Below, one piece after another: positions 35,672 through 50,100 of a stretch of 64,000 bases of DNA. Position 1 is the first letter of the stretch; each line of letters starts with the position of its first letter. The stretch is from Phoronis australis. Lineage: Eukaryota > Animalia > Phoronida. Made by a program: the position numbers and the translations under genes. Location of the stretch: the NCBI GenBank assembly GCA_002633005.1, contig NMRA01000817.1, positions 23,518 to 87,517 on the forward strand. The letters run 5' to 3'. The notes under the pieces are model-generated. The model ran no database searches. It was not told where the DNA came from and saw nothing but the letters and a program-made list of their open reading frames with translations.

Positions 35672-38600
35672 GTCTTACATAAAACCTCCCACGCTGATAT
35701 GACGTGCTTGCGGTGGAAAATGCCGGTTCGTATCCGTCTTTTGAGGAGTGGGCTATTATCAGTATTGGAAGCGACGATTGGGCGTCGGCGTAAAGAAATC
35801 CTCAATTGCTAAGACTGGTTCGATAAAAACTGCCCGGGATAAAACTCAATCTGCGTACTGATCGGCCGAGCATGTCTCGATATGCGACCTCTCATCATGC
35901 AGAACTGCTCGGTCTGGTAGGCTTCCTGGATTGCTTTTTGTGGGGAGCCTCTAGACTAGTATACACTTTGCCTATAAAGCTCATTTTTTAGTTGTTCAAA
36001 CGTGATACTAAGATTTATGTAGCTTTAAAAAAGAATGTGAGTTATTTCTGTGCTTGTTACTACACCAGACTTGTCGTCTTTTATAACCACACTACAGCAT
36101 AGTGATCACGCTAAGTTAAAGATTAAGTGAAAGCTACCATTATTCGATGAAAATACGAAACGTTCAACAGAGGGTAGGCCTAACTTAAATGTCTTAATGA
36201 TGCAATTACAGCGAATACCATGCAGTAATTTAACTTGGACACAACCGTATACCTACCGGAGCTAACTGCTTGCCTTCGACAACTAAGTTGAAGGTTTTCC
36301 TTAGATATGAACCTAAATATTTCGCTGGATGATTAGAAAAGCATATACAGTGTTATCGACTCGACCTACTTTACTCGGGGAATCCCATCAGTTGTGACCT
36401 ACTTTTCATTTGGCAGAATTTAGCAGACGGCAGAATCGGTGAATCTTCACTGATTTTATTGGAAATATGACATCTATGGCATCGTATATCTCATAGGCGG
36501 ATTCAGAGGGCCCCCCTTTGGCTGCCGCAAAAAAATAAAACAGCAAGAGCTTAGGGAATTGTTGAGTTTATTAATTAACCCCGGTAATTAAAATTATACG
36601 AATGAAACAAGATTTAAATGTGTGGAGTTTTAGTGTTTTGGGGGTCTCAGATCCAATTTCAAGTGTCAAATTCGGAACACGGCGCATTCGTAACGGAACT
36701 ATGGCTAAGTATAGGCTCTCCCAGGCGACCGGCAGTGGCACTGCGCACTACGACTCCGTTTCTGTCGTCTGCTCTACGGTGCAATGAAGAAAATTTCTTC
36801 ATTTTTTAAAGAAAATGAAATCTTAGTGACGATGAAAAAACAGAAGCTGCTGGTAAGATGAGAATTTTAATCGAAGCCTTGGTGAATCACTCAGAAACTC
36901 GTAATACTCTCTTTGTCAAACTTTAACTTAAGACGATTTCCAAAGCAATCCCGTCATTTTTGCCAACACGAAAAACGGATTTGGTCATTTGGGCATTTGA
37001 AGACTATTTTAAATACAGCAAATTTTTTATGAACCGATTGCACGAAAGATAAAACTTGTAATAAGCATTACAAAAAGAAGTAGGTTTCGCGCGCAAATGC
37101 TGTGAACTATAGACCCAATTCACGCCGACAGGAGGCGCGTTCCAAAACGAGGCTCGCTGCAATAGCTCTGTTGGCTTATCGGCATAGCTGTATTTCAGTG
37201 CGTTGCTCCGCCGAACGGCTAGACAAAATACGGACACTCAACTGTTTGCTTTACAATCCCTAAAGACGTTGAGATTCGGAAGCGTTGGGTCGTTGCCATA
37301 CGCCGCGACGAAGCAAAATATGTCTGTGTAAAATTTATAAATGTTTTCGAAAAGTAAGAACGTATTTTGTCGCATCTCGGTTGCCAAGCATCATAGTAGG
37401 CCTGCGACCGGATAATGGGCCAGCCAGGCTGTGTTTTCATGACTACTTGTTGAACATTATAATTTTTCTTTCCAAAAAGGACAGGGTCCTCAATCCCTCG
37501 AATTTGGGGCCCAATATTGGCCCTATTTTTCTCTCAAAAATATTGAAATATCACGCGAAATTCCCCCCACGAGGGCATAAAAAATTCCCCAAGTGAAAAA
37601 TTCTCTCTGAGTTCACATCACCTGTAACCACACAGGTGACAAATTTTAAGAGCACAAAAGGCTACTTTAAATTGAGACAGAGCCTATGAGAGCTTGCAAC
37701 AGGGCGGGGATGCTATTGATGGTGATCGGGAGGTAGATTGTTCCCCTCACTCGGTGAAAAGATCCGCCCTCTCAGTAGGCACTGGCACCTTTTCTCTTCA
37801 GATGAACGAGGCTCCTGGAGAAACATGATAACTATGATTGCTTTATCCAGTTAACTGAAATTGAGTTCTAAAACGAGATCATGCTTTGGACGAACGAATT
37901 AAGTGTTTTAATTTTAAAATTCGCCTTGGTCAAGATTGATATTTGAAACCTAACACATGAAATTGACGTAAGTAAGAATTGCTACAACCAAGAAAGCAGA
38001 ATTGATGGTCAAATAATTTTGATCTTCAATTGCGAGCCTGGCTTTCTTTGTTAATAAAAATATATTTAATAATATCAATATTCTTTCAGATCAATGACAA
38101 ATCAACTGTTAGTCCCACTGAGTGCATACCTCACCAGGGTAAGGCTATGCTTGATGTTAATATTCTTGATCAACAAATTAAACCAGATGTGACTAAATTG
38201 CTCATGACAGCCACCACTGTCGAATATGTCTTTTGTGTGCGCTCTTTAAGGTCGGCTTTCGGCGCCGTCACCTGTTGCCTTATTGGCCATTTTCGTTCCC
38301 GTAGTTTTTCTTCTTCCAAGTCTAACAAGCGATCGAACTGTTCTTTGAAGTTGTGCACATGTCACAACAAGATATCAGAGTTGATTTCATTTCCTTCAAA
38401 GTTCAAGTTTAGTATCTTAATACCAGAAAACCGAATTTCATAAAAAATTTGCTCCTGCGAAGCTGTCATCATACCCCGACAGATGAAGTAAAATTTTAGG
38501 AAATAGCGCGTGTTGAGCCGCTGTTTTCTTTGTTACAAAAGGCTGAGAATTATGAGATAAAATAATGTTTACTAGCTTGTTTTTCACTTAAACGGCTCCA

Positions 38601-39129
38601 GCGAGCAAGGTGTCTGTTGACACCCAGATATGTGCACGCTCCCCTGCCGGTTAGTTGAGCCCTACATGTTGATACAAACTTCGCGACGAAGTACCCGAGC
38701 TATGTGAAATTTCGGAGTCTAACGGAGCTCAACGCACAGTGCTACTGGTACCTAGCTGTATTTTGAAGAATATCTTCATCCAGCTAGCTTGCTGGCTAAG
38801 CCCCGGGATGAATCAACGTCACAGGAAAGAAAAGCGCAAAAATTTGTGAGTAGGCACATGTTGATCTGTCGACTGGGCTGGCACGGCTAATGACCAAAAT
38901 CTCGTTGTGCTATACAGTCTCAGTGACGTCACGAAAAACAGCGCTTGCAGTGGGACTTTACGGAGCTAATAATTTTTTACTTTTCAAAGTAAAAAAGAAA
39001 AATACTGTGTCAGTTTCGTGGCTAGTTCTCATAAATAATTACGTGCACATTATTTCTTTGGCTCACTGTTATAGTCTTTTCGTGACTGGAAGTTTAGTTT
39101 CCCAACTCAAGCTGGTTTATGTTTGTGCC

Positions 39130-39303
39130 AGTCCCGGCGGCCGTGACGGGCCTAGTGATCGGGTTCCGAGCCACTGGCCGGGATAACGAGTCAGTCCGGC
39201 CGCGACGGGGCTGATCGGGTTCCGAGCCACTGGCCGGGATAACGAGTCAGTCCGGCCGCGACGGGACTGATCGGGTTCCGAGCCACTGGCCGAGATAACG
39301 AGC
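39130..39303. repeat. 56-bp GC-rich tandem repeat, 3 copies
   Basis: Unit AGTCCGGCCGCGACGGGGCTGATCGGGTTCCGAGCCACTGGCCGGGATAACGAGTC. Confidence 0.93.
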
Positions 39304-39942
39304 GTGTAGTGTATTTAGAACTCAAAAAAATCACAAGTCGAAACCACACAGATCTAGGTTCTCCTGTCTGTATTTCACGGAAGAATACTTCGAATTTATC
39401 TCCGAAGAGACCCCAAACTTCCATAATGATAAATTGTCTTGAGAGACCGTCCGGAGCTAGTTGGTATATGGCGCAAGTCCGGACGGTCTGAGGTCAACAA
39501 AAAACCACAGTTCAATTGTGCGTGTACACCAATGTGATAAACGAGAGTAGTTCTACTTGCTGCGTCAGTTGCAGGTATGCTTATCTCTTTTATGTATGGC
39601 ACACAATGTGAGACCGGGCAAAGTGTTTTCAAAATAATGTGGATAAATCAGTGGAGTGTGAGACCCCTGAGGTCCCTGTCAAGTCCTCACGACAATTCTA
39701 CATTATGTGCTCCGCGGGACCTTGGTTAATTGACCTGCCGAATTTTGTAGGCTACGGTGTGTCCAAATACCAATAAATCCGTTAACAGCGAAATAAAACA
39801 ACACGTTTTTATAAGAACTCGGTGTATTTTTAAGAGTTTTACATCGAAGTTTTACGATTTATTGGTGTTAAACGATGAATTCAACCCATGAGCTGACACC
39901 AGTAACCCGTGTTGTGAACTGCTGAACAGACTGCGTGTGAAA

Positions 39943-39958
39943 CCAATGACGTCATTGG
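39943..39958. promoter_or_regulatory. Perfect 16-bp palindrome CCAAT-GACGTC-ATTGG (CRE TGACGTCA overlapped by CCAAT boxes)
   Basis: Seen directly about 1 kb upstream of the ATG at 40969. A second full CRE, GTGACGTCAC, lies at 38923-38932. Function is inferred only. Confidence 0.35.
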
Positions 39959-40968
39959 ATAATTTCAACACCTCCGTCTGCCGTCATGTGTCAGGTAACG
40001 CAACCGTACGTGCCGTTATCGAGTAGAATTACCCGATCTAAATTGATGCAAAGTAGGTTGTTTTTTGGGTGGCATTCTCCTTTAACGTCGTGTAGCAAAA
40101 GTGTATTTGCCTCCGCCGGGCGTCTTGTTTGTTTGTCTGGTGTCACGTGCCCTTTCGCAGGGAGGCAGAGCTTGTGATATGTCATTTATCCCCAAGAGGT
40201 GTTTCATGTCGGCGCATGTGCAAACTCCAATCATTGGGATTTGAACACCAAAAAGGAACTACATGTAGCTGATCTCAAATGACTCCACGCAACGGCCATC
40301 CTCAATCCTTTGTCTTCCTCCTGGCCTACTGATAGCTCTTTAAGCACGGGGGCGTTCGACGTCGACGCCATTTTGAGAATCACATGACTCGAAAAAACAG
40401 TTGTTTCTGAGGAGATCTTGGTGTTTCTAAGAGAGCTTGTTTTCATTTAGGTGCTGAGTAGACAAGAGTTGATAAGATTTACGATAAACTGAATACACGT
40501 ACACTATACAAGCTGGCGAGGCGCTTAATTAGGTCGAAATCCGCCAATCAGCATTGTTGGGAGCGTACACATTATCAGAGGTGGGTTATCAACCGCGTGT
40601 ACAAGTGCTTGTTTTGTTACATTTGTTCGACTGGTTTAGTAAGCAGCAAACATAGATCTAATCAATAATTACTAATCATCCGATAATTGAATAGACCAGG
40701 CGAATGCTACTGTCAATGTTCAAATGGACCTGATCAGCGGCATGCCATATCGGCAACGAAAAGGAATGTTGTTTTCCACTATTTTTGTCAGCAGCTAAGT
40801 TGGTAAAAAAAACAGGACTGAACGTGAAAGTGCACTGCAGCTTCGACGATGAAACGAGATCTTCGGATGAATCTGAGAAGAAATTGACTGGCCCCACGCA
40901 CTATACTGCATGTAGTGATCGATCGCGCTGTCTGGCGGAATTAATTGTCCAAAGTCCGGTCATCAAAA

Positions 40969-41103
40969 ATGCCGCTCGTGCTTAGATACCGTCACGGGAG
41001 CGGCGGAATCAAGCGACAACCGTTCTTCCCCGATAGCGGGGTTAATAGCAGTATGACGGACGATGTGAGCAGAACGACCAGTACGTCCAGTGGTACAAAA
41101 ACG
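40969..41103 (+). CDS. Putative first coding exon of the IQ/vWA gene (MPLVLRYRHGSGG...SSGTKT)
   Basis: aaaATG start and ACG|gtaaga donor; phase 0 matches the next exon. Confidence 0.6.
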
Positions 41104-44100
41104 GTAAGAATTAGTGCTTGGCCTCGAGTAGGCGCTTATCGAACGTCTTGTCTCAGTGGCAATGGAGGCTAACGACATGTTCAGAAGAAGGATTAAATTG
41201 AAGCCCCAGTAAGAGTGAGCAAGCGTAACAGCGGCGATTAAAGCGGCATGAAATCCATGTCTCCTGACAAAAAACAAATTTTGGTTTAAGTCACAGTGCC
41301 GTTATATAATTGGTCTCATCCAGTCCTCTACTCGGTCTGGACTGGAGTGATTGGTGTACACAGAAGACCTGGCAATATCATTATTTTTTCAGACCAAGCT
41401 CGCAAATTTCGAGTGACATCGTGACGTTAAATTTTATGGGCCTCGTCTGAATAAATAACAAACTGTCAGTTTTTCTATTTCGCCGGAAGTCATTTCTCGT
41501 TTGCGTAAAATGAGTTCATTTGGTAACCGTAAGTGGTCTTAATCAAAACATGTTTTTAACAGAAAGCACAGGGTTTAATGCCACTTTAAGTGAATGGTAG
41601 AAATGAATGCACGCGCTGCGTTCTCACTCCAGCTTTTTCTCTAATTAAAATTAACTGAAAACCAAAAATTATTGTTGTCGCAGTAGCTTTTATAACTGAC
41701 GTACAGTATCTCTAGTACACCTCCAATGTGTTATCGTTTGCATAGTGCTGTTTACAATAAACCTGGCATCTTAAACAGGATCCCCAAATACCCTGCATGT
41801 ACTTTAAAATTATTAATCACGGAAGCCAACTGTTCCATCGCGTACAAAAATATTTAGTTAAAAGTATAGGACTAGCTGTTTCCCTCGGCCATTCTTATCA
41901 ACACCGTCATACTCGGATACAAGATGCAATGTTAGGTTTCAATCAACAAACATGTACAAGACGTCGCTTAAGAGACGGACTCTAGCCAGTCAAAAGCATT
42001 TGTCATTATCACTGATTATCGCAAAGAAATATAAAGGTCATATCAGGATTTGGTGACTAAACACTTTTACCTGAGCAGTTTTAACATAACTGAGAGTACT
42101 TAAATGAACATTATTGGGGTTACTGACGTATTTGAGATTATTGGTGGACGGGGTAGTCATCTTGAAATATTTGACCAGAGCTACATTGTAGGGTTCAACA
42201 AAGTCCGTTATTTTATTACAAATCGCCAATGCTCGCCGTTGTCTGCCCGGCAGACATTTACGAAAGAAACGAACTTTTGACTTAGGTCGCTTCCTGCAAA
42301 TGAAATAGTCAGATCCTGTCCCTTTCTCAGATGAAAAATGATTCCTGAGTTTGCAAAAAACTATCATTTTGTTTTTCGTTTAGATCACAGTGACAAGCCA
42401 ACTTGTAGAGCCTCACCTGAACCAATTTAACAAAACGTCAGATTATTCCAAGACCTAATCTTATCTCTAATTTAACTAATCAACGTTTTGAGACAAATCA
42501 TAACGGCGCGTGTCTAAATCAATTTTGTTATTGAAGATGAGCTTAGTACCTCTTTAAATACGCTTAAAATACTCCGCCCGTCATTCACGGAATGTGATTA
42601 ACGTCTGCCAGTACAGCGTTGGGCAACGACCACGAGATTGCAGAGTGAAGTTCGTGGCTCCGCATGCGAGTTCGTGAAGTTTAAGGTTTGGTGTTTAGAA
42701 AAGGCTGCGTCAAAAGATTGCCAGTATTGCTGACCGCAACGTTTCCCATAATTGATATTTATTTAATTTTTGTTTATCCCTGTCGCATAAGAATATCAAA
42801 TACGTTTATTTTGAATATCGAACAAACAGAAATGAAGGGGTCATGTTTAGAGAAAATTCTACTGAAGAAAAATTATAAGAGGAAAATGTACACGTACAGT
42901 GTAGGTAGATATTCTATCTATTGGTCAAAAATAGAAATACAATAAGGTAACCCACATCCTTCTAATATTTTAGTGTGGTGGAAGTTTTATTTTACCTGTT
43001 ATGATATGCTCTATATCAACGAGATATAGGACAGCTCAAAAGCGATTTTATCAGTAATCGCATTTGGGTGACGCCCTGGCTTACTAAAACAAACTAGTAG
43101 AATCTGCGCACCATGGTACAACGTAAAAGCCTCTTACTGTATGCTATCTATATGAGGTGCATTCCAATATGTTTCAACTGAACAATGGAAGTGAATTTTG
43201 TTAATGATAATTCTGTTGGTATTTTCAGAAGACGCCTATATCTCTTCCCAGGAGCCCAACGCCTCTCTCCAAAGTTTCAGTTGACGGCAACAAGCTCCTT
43301 CTAAACGGTCGCCATGGTAACAATACATCAGCAAGACCAACGTAAGTTATTCTTGGGTACACTTCAGCCAGCATTCCAGATTAATTGAAGGTACGTTATC
43401 GGCGAGAAAAATAATTTTCTGAGATCTGCCTCTGCGCGGAATGGAACATAAAACACCGGCCGCGGTCGTGGTTTACTATCGAGGCTAATAATCTCAGTCA
43501 ATATGTAACACATTACAAGTATTTTAAATGTAATCAAGTGGCAAGTCTTGGCTATTCGTAATGAAATTACAAGAAACGCCGAATGTTGCTGTTTTATAAT
43601 TCTTGCTGAAGTTTATAGATGTAACTTTATTCTAATCTCAAAGACACGTTTTTCGGCTGTAAAACCGATTGTGCCCCTTAATATATACAGAGCCATACTG
43701 TCCAAGTGCTGCGATTCCACGTTACTGAGAACGTTTGAAAAATACTTTTTCCCTAAAGTATCCCTTTAAACCGCCAGAAATCGGTTTTTTAAGTAACTTA
43801 CGACAATCAGTGTTTTGATGAGGATATTTTGCCTCGCACTACTGAACACTTTACTGCGAAATATCGCCATGAATTACGTGACTGCATTATTTATTAATTT
43901 ATTGTGATATTTACAATGAGGATATTCCCATCAGAGCATAATGTCATGAAGTGCTGTGCTGGCTGGTCTTACAGAGCATGTCATAAGTGCCGTGCATGAT
44001 CCTGTTTGTAAGCCTTTATGTACCTGTGTAAGGAAAATTACGTAATGTTGCAGGTATAAGTGACTTTTTTCCTGTATTTTATTTAAACTAAAAACGATTT

Positions 44101-47100
44101 ATTTTTCTGCTTTACTTGTCAGAAAAATTGTCGGCCAGGGGCCTTAATTGCTAAGTTAACGAAAAGTGTCCAGGTCAGGTACTCCTCGTCGTTAGTCTAC
44201 GTAGATGGACCAGAAGAACGCGCTCATTTACACATGTATTCATGTAATCAAAATCTCGGTTTAATGATCGATTATATAACCATAAATAGGCCAGCTGATA
44301 GTGATTAAACAAAGCTACCTCAACATAAATTATTCAGTAGCCCTGGACTGGTTGCATAGACACGGGTCTATGGCGATTGATCTAACTGCTTTTGTGTATG
44401 GTTATGCCGAGAATTTTCATTAGGGATGTAAACTCGACCAAGTGTAGTTTGAAGAGTCATGAATGACGAGGTAAATATCTTCTAGGATATACAGAACAAC
44501 AGCCACAAAATTAAATACACCTGGACCTGGGCTTTAATAACTCTTCTCTCCACCGGATTCGATTGGCACGCATAGGGTAATCAGTTGAACTCGAATCGTA
44601 CTGCTTAAAATTTCGTGTCAGAGTATGAGTCGAAGCTGAATTCGGAGATTATACCATGGGCCCAAGACGTGTGATAAGTAATGATTTTGTCACCAGTCTT
44701 TGAAAAATTGGACAAGCTGAACACCTACGTATGTACAACAAAAGGGCGTCGGTTATTTAGTTATAGAGCTTGGCTTGATCCGTGCTGTGATCCGTTCACT
44801 CTCCGATGTCCGATGCATTATTCACGGAGTCAAACATCATCGGCTGATGAGCTTGGTCGAGATAATTCCAGGAGGGATACTTTTACATTGTCAGAAGTGT
44901 TTTTCTTGCTCGTCATCGGATCCGGGCTATTGTGAATCTGGCGCCTGTGTTGTTGATTTGGTCTAACTACCGTGACAACGGCTATAAAACACAATAACGT
45001 GTTTATCGTAGCATTTGAAACAGTAGTTGGACTGAGCATTGCAGCTATTGTCTGGGGTTTCATTTGTTTTTGATTCTACGAAAGATTAATGTCACATACA
45101 TTTTTAAGGCCCCACTTTAAGACCGAACTTAGTTCAACCAACTGGAAGACGTTATTTTAGTGCCACTGATTTGTCTCCAGAACAAAGACTCTTACAGTCT
45201 AGCTGCTGTTAGCATACAGATATGCCTATGCTGTTTCTTTACTTGATTTTTTTAAACCGCATGTGTTTTCGGGTGTACTTGACGACTGTGCATAAATTTG
45301 CCTTGCGTCTTCTAATCTTCAAGGCACCGAGCGCAGTTTTGTTCTTTTCATATTATTGATTAAAATTCAATTTCTTTCAGGTCTGCCGGGGACGATCCAG
45401 GGATGGAGAACGATAAGGGGTCTACTCATTCATCTTTAAATTGCAACTTCGAAAGTTTACAACCGACCAACATGGAGCAGAAATGTAAAACAGATGCAAC
45501 GGAACCAGCAACCAATCTGTCTGTCAATGAAGTTGACAGGACACCAGAAATAGATCCACTTGTGAGTAACAAAGACAGGAAACTGTATACAAACAGCAAT
45601 TTGCCGAAGAATAGCGCTGACAGGAAGTCTCCTAGTCTTACCACAGGGCTAAAGCTGTTAGGTCTTCAAGAACGCGATAAAGGAACAGGAATAAAAGTCT
45701 GGCTACAAGAAGCTAAAAACTTTGAAAGACAGTACAAAGCATCGGCCCAGTCTTCGTCCGGCCTTCCTCGATCTTCGTCATCGAATTCATTGTCTGGAAA
45801 AGGCCATAAAAAATCCGCCACTTCGCCGTCTATCCCTGGCGGGCAAATGAGAAGGTCCCATACCGAATCTCAGCTCTCAAAGAAGAGAAATCCTCGAGAA
45901 CCACCTAAATACATGCCTAGCTACTCTATGACACCCGTTCCAGATTCGCTGGATGGAACTAAGGTAAAATCAGCAGCAGGCGTGTCCAGCGACATCTAAC
46001 GCAATATTTGTCGCATTAACACTACAGCTTCTGTTGTCCCACAGTGTCACGTTCTGGAAAAGTTTTCTAATACACGCCTTATTTTTTTTAGCTCAGAATC
46101 GTTGCGTGATATTTCTAAGCTCGTATGCGTACGCCTATAAGCTTTCTTATTCTGGCTCTGGCTTGTCTTAGCCGTTCTTAAAATTGTTTTTTTCTCCTTT
46201 CAACAACTTCTCTTCTTTAGGTTATGTATGTATATATATACATATATATCCACCGATAAAACAGTTCATGTTCATTTTTCGATGTCATAGTGCGATTGCG
46301 TTTGTTAGAATACGTCATTACCACTGAAACAGATGTAATTCTTTTTCGTGTTGTGAATAAAATATTTAAGTCGCTGCAGGGGAAATAATTTGGTTTTTCA
46401 AGAGGCATGGAACGCGCGAAAGCTCTTAAAAATAACTTTTAAATATTAATGACGACAGAAACATCTCTCAACGTCTAATACAGAGTAAGTTACTTTTCCC
46501 TGCGAGGGCATTTCAAAAAAATCACGATTTTTGAAATACGAGCGAGGGAAAAACTCTGTGGTTACCATACAGTTTCTAATGTCCGTGAACAGTAATAAAA
46601 AATCTTTACGAACAAACCCTAAAAGTGCCTGGTGAGCAGGTTGAATTCGGTTTCAGTAGCAGAGAACCACTTTCGATATTGTAATAAAGATTGTTCCCAG
46701 CTTCTTAATTTGCAACCACACGCCAACTACAAACTTTGGGCCCCATTTTTGATTCGACTACTTCTCTGGTGATACTCGTGCGCTTGCTTACTTGTTCAAA
46801 CTAATGGTTTTTCAGATTAAACTGTCAGGGTATTTTCATCATCAAATGCCCCGACACAAGCGCGATCGATCAAAGTCTGTGCCAACAAGGACGAAACAAA
46901 GGAACACGAAAGAAACCTATCAGAAGCCAGAAGCCGATCCAAAGCGACCCAGGCCGTGGATGGAGAAGACACCCCCTCTGTCGGATAACACGGACACTTA
47001 TGTGGGTAAGTGGTGTTGACTGACGGCGTCGTTACTCCTTTGTCTTGGCTGTTCTTTACAAGACTTAGCGAGTTGCCACAGGCTCAAGCGCTAGGAGCGA

Positions 47101-50100
47101 CCATTTGTCGGGCCATCTTCGCCTAACTTTGTCTGACTCCTTTTCTCCAAATCCACTGCAAAATTCGGCAAACCATGTGCTTTTGGTCATTGTTCTTTAT
47201 TTTCTGTCAATTATTATGTGTAAGTTAGCATCAACGTGTAAAATACCCATTCTTGTAAATGTATAACACAAGTCTAGAGAGATATGTTATAATTTCAAAC
47301 TATTTTCAGAGATCCATTATTATAGTTTAAATTATTTACATAATATCCTTAACAAATTCAAATCATTTACAGAGATTCATTATAATTCCTACTTACCCAA
47401 AGGGAAATGGCTGGAGTACAAGCCCAAAGCATTTACCTATAACCACAAACATGGCGACAGCTACGAAACAAGGTATGTACCAAGAATACATTGCACCAAC
47501 TGACTTGACATGGGCCTAAACTGTGTTTGCGAGACATCGTCTTGTTCACAATATAGCGTGGATCTAGATTGTTGAAATAACTGATTCGTTGTTCACCCTC
47601 TACTGATTATTACAGGAACATAGAACGTATTGAAAAGACATTTTCTTCTTGAACGGTTATAAAACCACGTTCCGACCGAGAAACGAACTCTTGATTTAGA
47701 ATACTGACCGCTTCCAAATTGACGTCAACTTCTTTCTCAGTTTGCTAAGAACTAACAGTTCGATACTCGCCGAGACTATGCTCGGCTCATAACATGACAC
47801 GTGTTCATGAGCCAGAGTCTAGGGCTGGATCTCGACCAATAAGAAACTGTCAATTCTTTCGACGTCCTTTTTGAGTGAGGAACAGTTCCTGACCAACTTC
47901 ATAACTGAACGCTGTGGCGGATTTGGGGGGGGGGCAATGTCGCCCCCTCAAATTACCCCCAGATTCCATTTGGCAGTTAAGAGGTGCAAATGTCTGACGG
48001 GTAAGATCCTGGCCAATACTCTGCCCTGCCCCCCCACCAACTCAAAATCCTGGGTCTGCTCCTGGAACGTTAGTAGTCAACCGCTTTACGCTTAACTGAA
48101 ATTCATTTCGTTTTCCTCTTCAGCAACCGACTAAAATAAACGTATGTGCTTCTTTCAAAAGTTGTATATTTGCATTCTGACGCAAGAAATGTGTTTTCAG
48201 TTCCAATTACCGAAACACATTTCCAAAAACATTTGTGCACCCCGCTAAGCAAAAGTGAAAAGTACGTGACTGTATACATAGTGACCTACATTGCACCACT
48301 CAGAAGTGGGTGTGCAGGTTGGTGGGTACTTAAACATAATTTGGCAGTGCACGAGTGTATTGAAAAGTCTGTCCATTTATCCAAATATCTACACAACCAC
48401 AGATCAATAAATATCTTACGTTTCTTCAAAGCACCCAACCTGTAGAAGTCGATTGATCTTTTACTAACCTGTCATTAGCTGGGAAGCGTGACCATGCTTT
48501 AGTATAATTTAGCAAAAAAAATTCATTGATATCAAAAAACTGTTTCAATAGCATGATCACATTTTTTGATATAAGTGTTTAACATGAGATCTCAAAACGC
48601 GGTAACCAGTACCCATTTTCAAACATAGCCTAGGTTGATCCCTTTACTGTTGCAGGTAATCCCACTTATAATCGTATTTCACATAGAAACGCATTTATTT
48701 AAAATGTTCCACTTTTTCACGAGGGGCTATCAAAACACGACTGTTATTATGATTTTCATGAAAAATTGCATAAAACGAAAAGGAATGAAATTTTACAAAA
48801 TTGTAACTAACTGCTTCTTATTTAATTTGCACTTTACTTATCTAGTTAAGTTTCGCTTTTCATGTACAAAAGTGGGGACACCTGTATAACCCAGACAACT
48901 CCTGAAACAGTTTTGGAAAATTTCATTTAAAGCATATCAAACTTCCATGTGAATCCAATCAGCCATTTTTGAGACGTGATGTTCCAAATTTAGACACCTC
49001 TATTGGCACCTCTGTTGTCCACAGAAAGTGTAAAGTTGTTTCTTGTTGAATCTTGTTTGTTCTGTTTTGGTTTTATCTCAGTCAATTTAATTTTCCAGAA
49101 TACGCACGGAATACGAGTCCGATTCCGAGCCGGATGAGTCTTTCATATGGGAAAACCAATATCAGATATGGCTGTTCGAAAAGAATGGAAAGAAAGAGAC
49201 TGCGTAAGTAAGGCACGCACGATGAACAACAGCATGCCACCGCTTACTTCCTGTCACACACTTCCCTTCCAAGGTCGCAATGCGCATGACAAAGTCGCTA
49301 AGTTTACACATGTAGTTGCTATACCGTGCTTACTACTGACTGTGATTGTTCAAAGTGGGAACGAGCTTGTTGTCCACTCTTACGCGTTAATTCGAGTCAC
49401 AATGTTACTCATTCTCCCCATGTGGTTATACTATAGGAAGTATCTCAAAACGTCACCCGTATGCATAGAAACTGGGGATCGGTAGTTGCATGTATTTGAC
49501 ACCGTGGCCATGATTATCATCGAAACTAAATCACCAGGCATAAAATGACTAAAGACTAATTTACACTATGCTCGTAATCTTGTCACACCGCAGTCACTGC
49601 CTTTCTATGACACACCGTGTTGACACACTAGGCTAACTTCACTGTGCGCATACACGGTGGTTCTAGATAGTTGGGAAGAATGAATCTTAGTTTGAACGAC
49701 TTGTCTCGGTCTGCTTATTTGCATATTAAGTTTCCATCACGTGGTTTCCTTGCTACTGTATGAGTTGTTTTAGCTCATATTCACTAAACTTCACATGAGG
49801 TGGCACGGTAAAGCAGCTCCATCACTTCTTCTGTTCCTTTGACCTTAATGGTGAACTTGGAAATTCATTTGCATGTGCCTCTCAGTCGTTAAGATAAGAT
49901 AGAGGATGTAATACGATAGAGTTAAAGCACGTTTTGTTTAATACCTAAGAGAAGTTCTCATTTAGGCCCGAGTTCTAATCTCTGCATTCGAAGCTACGTT
50001 GCATAATAGTTCATTTGCATGGCACTTCACATAAACTTTGAAATCGTTTGTCGAAACATGCGTCGTGGTTGTTCAAATTTCGAATCCAGGCCACTTCAGA

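Noticed and set aside
43385-43769. Possible TTAA-flanked Kolobok-like MITE; also imperfect inverted ends at ~52668-53242
   Set aside because: Terminal matches are too degenerate to fix boundaries by eye.
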